From: an uncultured Spirochaetales bacterium
Lineage (GTDB): Bacteria; Spirochaetota; Spirochaetia; DAHUYW01
Direction of reading: 5' to 3'
NCBI GenBank assembly: GCA_964506755.1
Contig: CAZDMH010000022.1
Coordinates: 1,253 to 65,252 of the forward strand
Length of the DNA stretch: 64,000 nt
Positions 56,111 to 64,000 of this stretch are shown here, piece by piece. Under the pieces are notes generated by a model, which did no database searches, was not told where the DNA came from, and saw only the letters and a program-made list of their open reading frames with translations. Within the stretch, counting starts at the first letter, position 1, and each line of letters opens with the position of its first letter. Position numbers and translations under genes: made by a program.

Positions 56111-57169
56111 ATGTTGAAACGAGTTACCCTGGTTCTGATTCCATTGCTCTTGGCGACAGCCGGAGCATTTGCGCAGGTGATCGACAAACCTGCGGCGACC
56201 GTCAATCTGACCAAACCTGAATACATTTCCGTGAATCAGCTCAATCAGCGGATTGATCAGATCAATACCATCAGGAAACAAAACGGCCTCCCGATCCCCC
56301 CGGACGAAACGAAACAGGTGCTCAACGCGATGATCAACGAGGTCCTCGTCAAACAGGCGGCCGAGAAAGCAAACATAACCGTCTCGCAGTCGGAGCTCGA
56401 CGACACGATCGCCAAGCAGAAGCGGGCGATCGAGGGACAAATCGGGCAAGTGGACGACCAGCAGTTCCACAACGTGATCGAGCAACAGACAGGGCTCACA
56501 TGGAAGGACTACGTCCAGCAGCTGAAGACCCAGCTTACGGAACAGAAATACATCGTGAAAGAGAAGGGCGACATCCTCAACAACGTTCCCACTCCGAGCG
56601 AGCAGCAGATCCAGGACCGCTACAACCAGATCGCGAGCCGTCTGACCAATCCCGAAATCGTGCGCTTCAGCCAGATCTTCATCGACACTCGAAATCTTAC
56701 CCCGGCGCAGAAGCAGAAGGCGAAGGAACGGGCCGATACGGTCTATCGCGACTACCTCAACGGGAAAGACACCTTCGATCAGCTCGTGCAGCAGTACACC
56801 GACGATCAGCACGCCCGCTACAACGGCGGTGACTTCGGATATCTCGCCCGCGACGATCAACGCGCTCAACAGGTTCTCGGGCAGCAGTTTATGAACGAAA
56901 TCTTCTCGCTGAAAGTCGGCCAAGTAAAGGGTGTCCTCGAGTCCAAGATCGGGTATCACATCGTCAAGATTACCGAACACTATCCACCGAAGCTGCTGAC
57001 GCTGAGCGACAAGATCTCCCCGGCAAATCCGATGACGGTGAGGGAATACATCACTCAGAACATAGAGCAGCAGGAGAAGTCCAAGGCCTTCAACCAGGCC
57101 GTACAGGATATTCTCGACAGTCTCAAGAAACAGGCGGATATCAAGATTTACGATCAGAATCTGAACTAA
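56111..57169 (+). CDS. Periplasmic parvulin-type peptidyl-prolyl isomerase (SurA/PrsA-like)
   Basis: 352 aa with a signal peptide (MLKRVTLVLIPLLLATAGAFAQ) and a chaperone-like N-region. The rotamase domain reads YNGGDFGYLARDD...GQVKGVLESKIGYHIVKITE. Confidence 0.85.
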   Translation: MLKRVTLVLIPLLLATAGAFAQVIDKPAATVNLTKPEYISVNQLNQRIDQINTIRKQNGLPIPPDETKQVLNAMINEVLVKQAAEKANITVSQSELDDTIAKQKRAIEGQIGQVDDQQFHNVIEQQTGLTWKDYVQQLKTQLTEQKYIVKEKGDILNNVPTPSEQQIQDRYNQIASRLTNPEIVRFSQIFIDTRNLTPAQKQKAKERADTVYRDYLNGKDTFDQLVQQYTDDQHARYNGGDFGYLARDDQRAQQVLGQQFMNEIFSLKVGQVKGVLESKIGYHIVKITEHYPPKLLTLSDKISPANPMTVREYITQNIEQQEKSKAFNQAVQDILDSLKKQADIKIYDQNLN

Positions 57170-57174
57170 GCACA

Positions 57175-57600
57175 ATGGGCTCCAGGAGAAAGGCAAGGAT
57201 CATTGCATTTCAGTCTCTATACGGCTGGGACATGAACAGGGTCACGGCCGATGAGCTTGCCCAGTTCTCCTGGCTCGATGAGGAGCGCAGACAGCGCGTC
57301 GACGGCGGAACCCTCGATTTCGCGCGGCTCATCGTCGCCGGCTGCCTCGAGAATCTCGATACGATCGACGCGGCAATTCGCCAACAGCTCGAAAACTGGG
57401 ACTTCTCGCGCCTGTCGCGAGTGGACCTCGCCATTCTCCGAATGAGCGTGTATTCTCTCTTCTTCCAGAAAGACATACCGGCGTCGGTGACGATCGACGA
57501 GGCGATCGATATCGTCAAGGAGTTCGGCAGCGAAGATTCCTACCGGTTCATAAACGGGGTCCTCGATGGAATTCGCAAGGCCCAAGAATCCTTGAGATGA
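57175..57600 (+). CDS. nusB: Transcription antitermination factor NusB
   Basis: 141 aa with RIIAFQSLYGWDMN, DLAILRMSVYSLFF and TIDEAIDIVKEFGSEDSYRFINGVLD. Confidence 0.93.
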   Translation: MGSRRKARIIAFQSLYGWDMNRVTADELAQFSWLDEERRQRVDGGTLDFARLIVAGCLENLDTIDAAIRQQLENWDFSRLSRVDLAILRMSVYSLFFQKDIPASVTIDEAIDIVKEFGSEDSYRFINGVLDGIRKAQESLR

Positions 57601-59294
57601 AGCCACTCGCGAGGCTCGCGACCCTGCCGAGGCCGGTGTTGTACACAGCTGCCGGCGTCGTAGCTCTCGGGCTCGTTGCCGCCGGTATCGTCCTGTTCTT
57701 GCGCGCTCATACCCTCGCAGTGTCGCGAGCCTCAGTGTCGGAGCTGGTCAGGAAGGCGGACAACGAGATCTCCGGCGGTTTCTACAGCGCAGCGCTCCCG
57801 TATCTCGAGAGGGCCATGAAATCGGCAAACACTCGTGACTCGTGGCTCTCCATCGCCAAACGCGCCTACGCCATCGGGAAGGCGACCAAGGACTATCGAT
57901 TCCTCCTCCAGGTAGCCACGAGAGGCACCAACAGTCTTCCCGGTTCACAGGAGCTGTGGGCTCTCAGGGTTCTGTCGCAGGCGAGAGGGGGAGAGCCCGT
58001 CGAGGCGCAGGCTACGGCACGCTCTCATTTGACCGGCGCACGATATCAGAGCTTTGCCACCGAAGCAATCCTTCGGGCACATCCTAATCTGCATATCTCA
58101 GGACAGTCGGTCTCTAAGGAAGACCAACGGATCATCGACACCCTAACCTCGAGAGATCCCGCGCTGTTCGAGAATCTCGCAAAAGAGATAAACAGCTCGG
58201 ATCTCCTCTTCGACGCGGTGCTCCTGTATGCCTGGAAGGGTCAAATGAAGGATGCCTACACCCTCCTGCTCTCACTCGGCGCTGCGGCGAACCCCGAAGC
58301 CGGAATGCTCATCAGCTATGACGCGGGCCAATACGACAGCGTTCAGAGCTACTACGAGGGCGTTCCCGAGGCCGATCGCTCTCCGAGCTTTCAGCTGCTG
58401 GCCGATGACGTGCTCGTAGAGAACAAAGAATACGACAAGGCCGCAATCGCATACGAGCAGATGATACAGGCACATCCCGATGCTTCCTGGATGCCCTACG
58501 CAGATCTTGCGTGGCTGGCGGCCGCCGGCAAGAGCGCTCGAGTCAGCGTCGCTCATGCCCTCAAGCTCCTGCGCGAAGGACAGAAGCGCTTCCCGGATCA
58601 GCGGGAGGTCGTCCTCTCCCTCGCCTCGCTCGAGCAGAGCACGGGGAACCTGCAGTCGGCCGGCTCGCTGCTTACGGAGTACCTCAAGTCCCACCCGTGG
58701 GATCTCGACGCGAACCTCCTTTCAATGCGGATTACAGGCGCTTCCGAGAATCCGGAGCGGCTTCGTTCCAGGCTGTGGGAGCTCTTCTACCGTGCGAGCG
58801 GAAGCGACCGGGACCGCATCGCCCGGTTTCTCGGGTGGTACCTCCTCGGGATAAACGACTACGAGGGACTCAGGCTCATCTTTGCACAGATGAAGACGAG
58901 GACGGACGCAGAGTGGCTCCCCCTCTATCACGGCATCTACGATGCCCTGCTCGGCGACTACGCGAGCTCGATGGAGCAGCTCAACATGGCCTATTCAATC
59001 ACTCCGCGGTGGCAGACCCTCTACGACATGGGCGTCGTCGAGCTCAAACAGGGCGATCCCAAGAGCGCCTCCGACAACCTCCAGAAGGCGGATTCCATGC
59101 TCACCGGCGACGGCGAAACACGGATGAAAAGCCCTCAGCGTGCGGTGATACACGTGGCCCTTGCCGAAGCGCTCGAGAAGATGGGCAACACCGAGGCCGC
59201 GAAACGAGAGGTGCTTTACGCGCTGGATATGGACCCGAGCAATCTGTCGGCGGCCCTCCTCCGGAAAAAACTTGATTCCACCCTACAAAAATGA
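57597..59294 (+). CDS. Membrane-anchored TPR-like helical repeat protein (hypothetical)
   Basis: 565 aa with an N-terminal TM helix (VLYTAAGVVALGLVAAGIVLFL) and helical repeats throughout. An ATGA overlap links it to nusB. Confidence 0.7.
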   Translation: MKPLARLATLPRPVLYTAAGVVALGLVAAGIVLFLRAHTLAVSRASVSELVRKADNEISGGFYSAALPYLERAMKSANTRDSWLSIAKRAYAIGKATKDYRFLLQVATRGTNSLPGSQELWALRVLSQARGGEPVEAQATARSHLTGARYQSFATEAILRAHPNLHISGQSVSKEDQRIIDTLTSRDPALFENLAKEINSSDLLFDAVLLYAWKGQMKDAYTLLLSLGAAANPEAGMLISYDAGQYDSVQSYYEGVPEADRSPSFQLLADDVLVENKEYDKAAIAYEQMIQAHPDASWMPYADLAWLAAAGKSARVSVAHALKLLREGQKRFPDQREVVLSLASLEQSTGNLQSAGSLLTEYLKSHPWDLDANLLSMRITGASENPERLRSRLWELFYRASGSDRDRIARFLGWYLLGINDYEGLRLIFAQMKTRTDAEWLPLYHGIYDALLGDYASSMEQLNMAYSITPRWQTLYDMGVVELKQGDPKSASDNLQKADSMLTGDGETRMKSPQRAVIHVALAEALEKMGNTEAAKREVLYALDMDPSNLSAALLRKKLDSTLQK

Positions 59295-59320
59295 TACTTT
59301 CCAATCGGCCTGGAACATAG

Positions 59321-60070
59321 ATGATCAAACTGAAAAGCGAATCCGACATCGGCAAGATCCGTGACTCCTGCGACATTCTCTCGGAGACCTATCGGGAGAT
59401 CGTCAAGATGGTGGACGTGGGCGTGTCACTTCTCGAAATCGACAATTTCACCCGTGACTTCATCCGCAAGCGGGGAGGGAAGCCGGCTTTTCTCGGCTAT
59501 CAAGGATTTCCCGCGAGTATCTGCATTTCGGTCAACTCGGTCGTCATCCACGGCATACCCGACAAGCGCAAGCTCAAAGCGGGGGACATTGTCAGCCTCG
59601 ACCTCGGTGTGGATCTGAACGGATACATCAGCGACGCGGCGTGCACAGTGGCGGTCGGGCCGATATCGAAGGAAGTCGAGACACTGCTCCGGGTAACCAA
59701 GGAATGCCTGCAGCTCGGGATCGAGCAGGCGAGGGCCGGCAACCGCATTAAGGACATTTCGAGCGCGGTTTACGACCATGCCGACGAGCACGGATTCGGA
59801 GTCGTGCGGCAATTCTGCGGTCACGGCGTCGGCTTCTCGCTGCACGAAGATCCCCAAATACCCAACTACGTCGGGCCCGGACCGAATCCCCGTTTGAAAG
59901 GCGGGATGGTACTGGCAATCGAGCCGATGATCAACCTCGGCAGCGACGAGGTCGAGATTCTCGACGACGGTTGGACCGTGGAAACGGTCGATCACAGCCT
60001 TTCAGCGCATTTCGAGCACACCGTGGCCGTCTTCAAAGATCACACTGAGATTCTCACGGCACTTCCGTAG
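59321..60070 (+). CDS. map: Methionine aminopeptidase, type I
   Basis: 249 aa. The metal ligands sit in the expected motifs (IVSLDLGVDLNGYISDAA, FCGHGVG, LAIEPMI, AHFEHTV). Confidence 0.95.
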   Translation: MIKLKSESDIGKIRDSCDILSETYREIVKMVDVGVSLLEIDNFTRDFIRKRGGKPAFLGYQGFPASICISVNSVVIHGIPDKRKLKAGDIVSLDLGVDLNGYISDAACTVAVGPISKEVETLLRVTKECLQLGIEQARAGNRIKDISSAVYDHADEHGFGVVRQFCGHGVGFSLHEDPQIPNYVGPGPNPRLKGGMVLAIEPMINLGSDEVEILDDGWTVETVDHSLSAHFEHTVAVFKDHTEILTALP

Positions 60071-60172
60071 CATGTAACTTTGTCGCCTGCAAAATTGATT
60101 TCAGTGTGCAGTTGGATTTAATTAGTGTACTGAAGAGTAATCTGTGTAACAAATGGACGGAGGATAGCCAGC

Positions 60173-61699
60173 ATGTCCGAACACACTCTATTTCATTCGC
60201 GAAAGTTTTTCGTTTTCAATCTCGTTCTTGTCGGTATTGTGGCAGGTTTTGTTCTGGCGCTTTTTGCATTTTCCTGCTCGACACGTCTCCCGGCCGGGGA
60301 CACCGCCCACGCACAGGAGACACCATCCTCATCTTCTTCCTCCGGCGTACCGGTCGTGAACGGGGTTCCATCCTTTCACAATGTTGCTGCGAAGGTCCTT
60401 CCCACGGTCGTAGAGATTACCGTGGTAGACGTGGTGAAGCAGCCGGTGCCCGATTCCGGGCAGGGATTCCCGTTCAACTTCCCTTTCCCGCCGTTCGGCG
60501 GTCCGGGTCAGGGCCAACAGAATCAGAACAACGGTCCTCAGAGCAAGGAGTTCAAGCAAGAGGGGCTCGGTTCGGGCGTTATGGTGCAGCGTAGCGGCGA
60601 CACGATCTACGTGCTCACCAACAACCACGTGGTCGGCAGCGCTACCGAGATCAAAGTCAAGCTCTACGACGGTCGTGAGTTCACGGCGAAGCTCGTCGGA
60701 AAGGACGCACGAAAGGACCTCGCCCTGGTGTCTTTCACGACAAAAGACAAGAACATCCCGGTTGCGACCCTCGGCAACAGCGACTCGGCTCAGGTAGGCG
60801 ATTGGGTTCTCGCCATCGGAAACCCGTTCGGGTTCCAGTCCACCGTCACCGCTGGTATCGTCAGCGCGAAGGGCCGCCAAGGGGTCGGTCCCGGTAACAC
60901 CATCGACCAGTTCATCCAGACCGACGCAGCGATCAACCGAGGCAACTCGGGGGGAGCGCTCGTCAACATGGAAGGTCAGGTCATCGGAATCAACGACTGG
61001 ATCGTCGCACCATCCGGCGGAAGCGTCGGTCTCGGGTTCGCGATCGCCATCAACGACGCGAAGAGGGCGATCGGCGACTTCATCAACCACGGCTCCGTTC
61101 AATACGGTTGGCTCGGCGTGAGCGTTCAGGATCCCTATCCGAGCCTCGCCAAAGAGATGCAGCTCGAGAACAAAGAGGGCTCCTTCGTCTATCACGTTTT
61201 CCAGAGCTCTCCCGCGGAGAAGGGGGGGATTCTTCCCGGCGACTTCATCACCTCGATCAACGGGACGCACGTGAAGAATACGGACGAGCTCATCCGCATG
61301 GTCGGCGACCTGCCTGCAGGCAAGGATGCGACGTTTGACCTCATCCGCTATGGCACCCCGAAAACTGTTACCGTCAGGATAGGACTCAGAAAGGATCAGG
61401 CAGCTATCGAAAAGAACCGCAACCTCTGGCCGGGCATCAGCGTCCTGCCGATCGACAGTCAGATTCGCCAACAGCTCAAGCTTGCAGACAACGTACAGGG
61501 GCTCGTCGTCGTCAACGTCATCGACAAGACCCCGGCGGCCGTTGCCGGGCTCCAGCAGGGCGACGTCATAAAGAAGATCAACAACCAGCCGATCTCCAAC
61601 GCGATGGACTTCTATCAGGACATCAACGAAAAGAGAAGCCACTTCAACTTCGATGTCGAGCGGCAGGGTTCGACCTTCAGCATCGGCATCAACAAGTAA
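60173..61699 (+). CDS. htrA: HtrA/DegP-family periplasmic serine protease with two PDZ domains
   Basis: 508 aa with an N-terminal TM helix or signal. The catalytic triad motifs are TNNHVV, RKDLALV and GNSGGALVN. Two PDZ-like segments are present. Confidence 0.94.
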   Translation: MSEHTLFHSRKFFVFNLVLVGIVAGFVLALFAFSCSTRLPAGDTAHAQETPSSSSSSGVPVVNGVPSFHNVAAKVLPTVVEITVVDVVKQPVPDSGQGFPFNFPFPPFGGPGQGQQNQNNGPQSKEFKQEGLGSGVMVQRSGDTIYVLTNNHVVGSATEIKVKLYDGREFTAKLVGKDARKDLALVSFTTKDKNIPVATLGNSDSAQVGDWVLAIGNPFGFQSTVTAGIVSAKGRQGVGPGNTIDQFIQTDAAINRGNSGGALVNMEGQVIGINDWIVAPSGGSVGLGFAIAINDAKRAIGDFINHGSVQYGWLGVSVQDPYPSLAKEMQLENKEGSFVYHVFQSSPAEKGGILPGDFITSINGTHVKNTDELIRMVGDLPAGKDATFDLIRYGTPKTVTVRIGLRKDQAAIEKNRNLWPGISVLPIDSQIRQQLKLADNVQGLVVVNVIDKTPAAVAGLQQGDVIKKINNQPISNAMDFYQDINEKRSHFNFDVERQGSTFSIGINK

Positions 61700-61728
61700 T
61701 TGGCATAAACGCATCGGCAGGTTATCAT
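61700..61728 (+). promoter_or_regulatory. Candidate promoter nested between the htrA stop and its terminator
   Basis: TTGGCA (61700..61705), 17 nt, TATCAT (61723..61728). The predicted start falls in GGGC (61733..61736) at the foot of the terminator hairpin. Confidence 0.4.
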
Positions 61729-61733
61729 GAACG

Positions 61734-61766
61734 GGCAGGCGGAGCGCTCCGCCTGCCTGATTTTTT
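61734..61766 (+). terminator. Rho-independent terminator downstream of htrA
   Basis: GGCAGGCGGAGC/GCTCCGCCTGCC perfect inverted repeat (61734..61757), then TGATTTTTT (T-tract 61761..61766). Confidence 0.8.
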
Positions 61767-61781
61767 CCACAAAGGACCCCC

Positions 61782-62387
61782 ATGAAGAAGGACTTCCTGC
61801 CCTACGTTCAGGTGAGAAACAACTCCCTGAAGCTTGCCCACTCGATCCACAACGACGGCTTCATCCCCGACGTCATCTACGTTCTGCTGCGCGGAGGAGC
61901 CTACATCGGGAACGTCATCAGCGAGTATTTCAAGACCGTCCGGACCAATGCCCGTCCGGTCTTCTACGCCGCAGTCGTTGCCCGATCATACACCGACATC
62001 CGAAAGCAAACGCGGGTCATGGTGGACGGCTGGACCTACAATCCCGCCCATCTGCGCACTGGCGACAAGGTTCTTCTCGTGGACGACATATTCGATTCCG
62101 GGCGCACGATAAACCACCTTGCAGAGATCATCATCGACAAAGGTATCCCTCGCGATGATCTCAAAATCGCCGTCCATGACTACAAAGTTTTCCCGTATCA
62201 ACACGAAACCCTTCCTATACATCCCGACTACTTCTGCCGCAAACATGTGATAGAATCACCCGACGACGACGTCTGGATTCACTATATGAGCCACGAGCTT
62301 GTCGGACTTACCGAAGAAGAAAAGGAGCAGTACTATTACAGCTCGGATCCCGGACTCGCCGAGATCCTCGAAACGTTGGGTCGCTGA
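61782..62387 (+). CDS. Type I phosphoribosyltransferase (purine-salvage-like)
   Basis: 201 aa with the PRPP-binding motif KVLLVDDIFDSGRTI. An AAAGGA SD is present. The ATG lies only 15 nt after the terminator T-tract. Confidence 0.85.
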   Translation: MKKDFLPYVQVRNNSLKLAHSIHNDGFIPDVIYVLLRGGAYIGNVISEYFKTVRTNARPVFYAAVVARSYTDIRKQTRVMVDGWTYNPAHLRTGDKVLLVDDIFDSGRTINHLAEIIIDKGIPRDDLKIAVHDYKVFPYQHETLPIHPDYFCRKHVIESPDDDVWIHYMSHELVGLTEEEKEQYYYSSDPGLAEILETLGR

Positions 62388-62452
62388 GAACCCGTGCCGC
62401 TCGCCCTGTTCCACGGCGGAGCGTTTTCGATAGGCTGCTGACGGAAGGGCAG

Positions 62453-64000
62453 ATGAATCGAGTTCCTACTCTTGTTTCACTGATTCTGGCGTACACCGTG
62501 GCGCTCCTCCCCTTACAGGCCCAATCATTCCGCGTGGATCCCGCACCCGGAAGCTACAATCACGCGATCGTCGTCACACTCGCTCCTCCGAAGGCCGGGC
62601 AGGCCCTTTCCTACCGCGTCGCCATCGACGGCACCGGTCAAACGGACACTCCCACGATTCGCTACACGGTACCTCTCTACCTCACGGCGCTCCCGGGAAA
62701 ACAGCGGACCTATCGCGTCACCCTCGAGGCCGTCGAAGGAAGCAAGATTGTCCAGACCGACCAGTCGGTCTGGACAATCGATCGCCTTCCCCCGGCCGGC
62801 GCTTCCGCGCCCGGCGGCGGAGGCGCCGGGCAGACACCGACAGTGCGGCCGCCTGCGTCGCCGACCTCGATTCAGGTGCTCAGCCCCGTTGCGGGGCGGT
62901 TCGCCAACAAGCAACTCCTCGACGTCGCCACCGCAGGGTTCCGTTGGGTCCGCTACAGTGTCGATGGAACTGACCCCACGGTGAACGGACGAAGCTACGA
63001 GGGACCGACATTGATTTCCCGCACCGGACAGGTCGACCTTCGCATAGCGGCTCTCGGGGAGGATTCTGAGAAACCGCTGACTGCAGAAGTGCAATTCACT
63101 GTGAAAGAAGACGGCACCCCACCGCTCTCTTCGCAGACGAGCGCCAAGCCGCTCACCTTGTCACCTCCGAAATCTGGGCGCTTCTTCTACAGCTTCCGAG
63201 AGCAGGCACCCGACTCGAGTGATATGCCGTTTGACAAACCGATCGAGCTCGGCGGTCCGCCCGGGACGATTAGCCACTATGCGTTTCGCCTTCGCAGCCT
63301 GGAGAACGGTGGTTCGTGGGGACCCGATTATCGCTTCTTCTTCAGCGTAGACCGCCGGGACGCCCCGGCACCGACGGTGACGCTCCTCGGAGGGAAGATC
63401 GCCTCTCCGCGAACTCGCATCGCCATCGAAGACGCATCCTTCGCGAAGGTCTACTACACCACCGACGGCAGCATTCCCGACGAGCGCTCGAGGCTCTACC
63501 GAGGACCGTTCGTTCCGGAGCTGCCCGCCGAATCGGAAGGTACACTGACCGTTCGAGCACGTGCCTATGCCCCCAACGACACGAAAAGCGAGGTAGTTTC
63601 GGTAGAGTACCCCTTCCTCACGAGGGCCCCCGTCCCGCCAAAAGTAAAGCTGCACACATCCAATACCCGACCCAACGATCGAAGCGTTCACGTGACGACC
63701 GAAGCACCGACGGGCTCGACTGTCGTCTACGAGCGTACGCTTGATGGTACAACACCTGCCAATCCTACCACGAGCTCGCCCCGCGCAACCCCGGACATGC
63801 TCCTATCCGTCCCGCGAGGAGCGAACGTCGTCTTTTCGATGAAGTTCGCGACCATCGATCCCACCGGTGCGCTTTCGCCCCCCTCGCAGCTCTTGCAGGC
63901 GCGAGTCGACGAGTACCCTCCGAGCGAACCGGTGATCTCGTTCACTGGCGGCACCCTTTCGATCTCGGGCAGCGGGCAGATATCCTACGTAGTCAGTGAC
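62453..64000 (+). CDS. Partial CDS (continues past window end): secreted protein built of chitobiase-C/Fn3-like modules
   Basis: Absent from the ORF track because it has no stop. I hand-translated 516 codons from ATG 62453 with no stop. The product begins MNRVPTLVSLILAYTVALLPLQAQSFRVDPAPGSYNHAIVVTL. Later motifs include WVRYSVDGTDPTVNGRSYEGP and KVYYTTDGSIPDERSRLYRGP. The other two plus frames contain only short ORFs. Confidence 0.8.
   Translation, partial: MNRVPTLVSLILAYTVALLPLQAQSFRVDPAPGSYNHAIVVTLAPPKAGQALSYRVAIDGTGQTDTPTIRYTVPLYLTALPGKQRTYRVTLEAVEGSKIVQTDQSVWTIDRLPPAGASAPGGGGAGQTPTVRPPASPTSIQVLSPVAGRFANKQLLDVATAGFRWVRYSVDGTDPTVNGRSYEGPTLISRTGQVDLRIAALGEDSEKPLTAEVQFTVKEDGTPPLSSQTSAKPLTLSPPKSGRFFYSFREQAPDSSDMPFDKPIELGGPPGTISHYAFRLRSLENGGSWGPDYRFFFSVDRRDAPAPTVTLLGGKIASPRTRIAIEDASFAKVYYTTDGSIPDERSRLYRGPFVPELPAESEGTLTVRARAYAPNDTKSEVVSVEYPFLTRAPVPPKVKLHTSNTRPNDRSVHVTTEAPTGSTVVYERTLDGTTPANPTTSSPRATPDMLLSVPRGANVVFSMKFATIDPTGALSPPSQLLQARVDEYPPSEPVISFTGGTLSISGSGQISYVVSD

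Noticed and set aside
60329-61783. 484-aa minus-strand ORF
   Set aside because: It is antisense to htrA (catalytic triad and PDZ domains on the plus strand), and it runs through the htrA terminator.
62525-63691. Minus-strand ORFs 62525..63094 and 63161..63691
   Set aside because: They are antisense to the stop-free plus frame that has a signal peptide and repeated YYTTDGS-type modules.

Overview
GC-rich (roughly 58-60% by eye), densely coding bacterial chromosome segment with about 57 protein genes and 1 tRNA. The content is mostly housekeeping. It covers DNA repair (mfd, mutS2, uvrA), translation and RNA (two EF-G paralogues, trmB, rluD, ybeY, nusB, map, tRNA-Val), central metabolism (citrate synthase, pgk-tpiA), fatty-acid elongation (fabI / fabG-fabF) and PLP synthesis (pdxS-pdxT, yggS). 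Envelope genes include murI, an LptD-like OMP, secG, a parvulin PPIase, HtrA, a PAP2 phosphatase and an M50 protease. Nucleotide second-messenger genes are also present: a GGDEF protein, a class III cyclase, a PilZ-like protein and a 7TM-HD protein. Many lipoproteins and TPR proteins, two EF-G paralogues, and uvrA directly followed by an LptD-like gene (as I recall for Treponema pallidum TP0514/TP0515) suggest a spirochete. That is inference only. Genes are tightly packed, with nine 4-nt start/stop overlaps (ATGA/GTGA/TTGA). Several near-consensus sigma70-type promoters are visible, and some sit so close to the start codon that the mRNA would be (near-)leaderless. Two edge genes (1..474 minus, 62453..64000 plus) are missing from the ORF track because they lack an in-window stop. 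I see no CRISPR array, IS element or transposon, prophage, or recognisable defence or toxin-antitoxin system. I cannot point to one clear-cut novel system. The most unusual items are: (a) a Zn-knuckle pentapeptide-repeat protein translationally coupled to an MBL-fold protein that has lost every metal ligand, next to a leaderless 8-Cys mini-protein; (b) an EF-G paralogue lacking the catalytic histidine; (c) a GDDEF-signature GGDEF protein with an intact I-site; (d) a LamG lipoprotein / tyrosine recombinase / LapA-like block; (e) an M50 protease with no usable canonical start codon; (f) a promoter-terminator-gene arrangement upstream of a phosphoribosyltransferase gene; (g) a fab block lacking acpP. 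All functional calls rest on motif recognition by eye, and no database search was possible.
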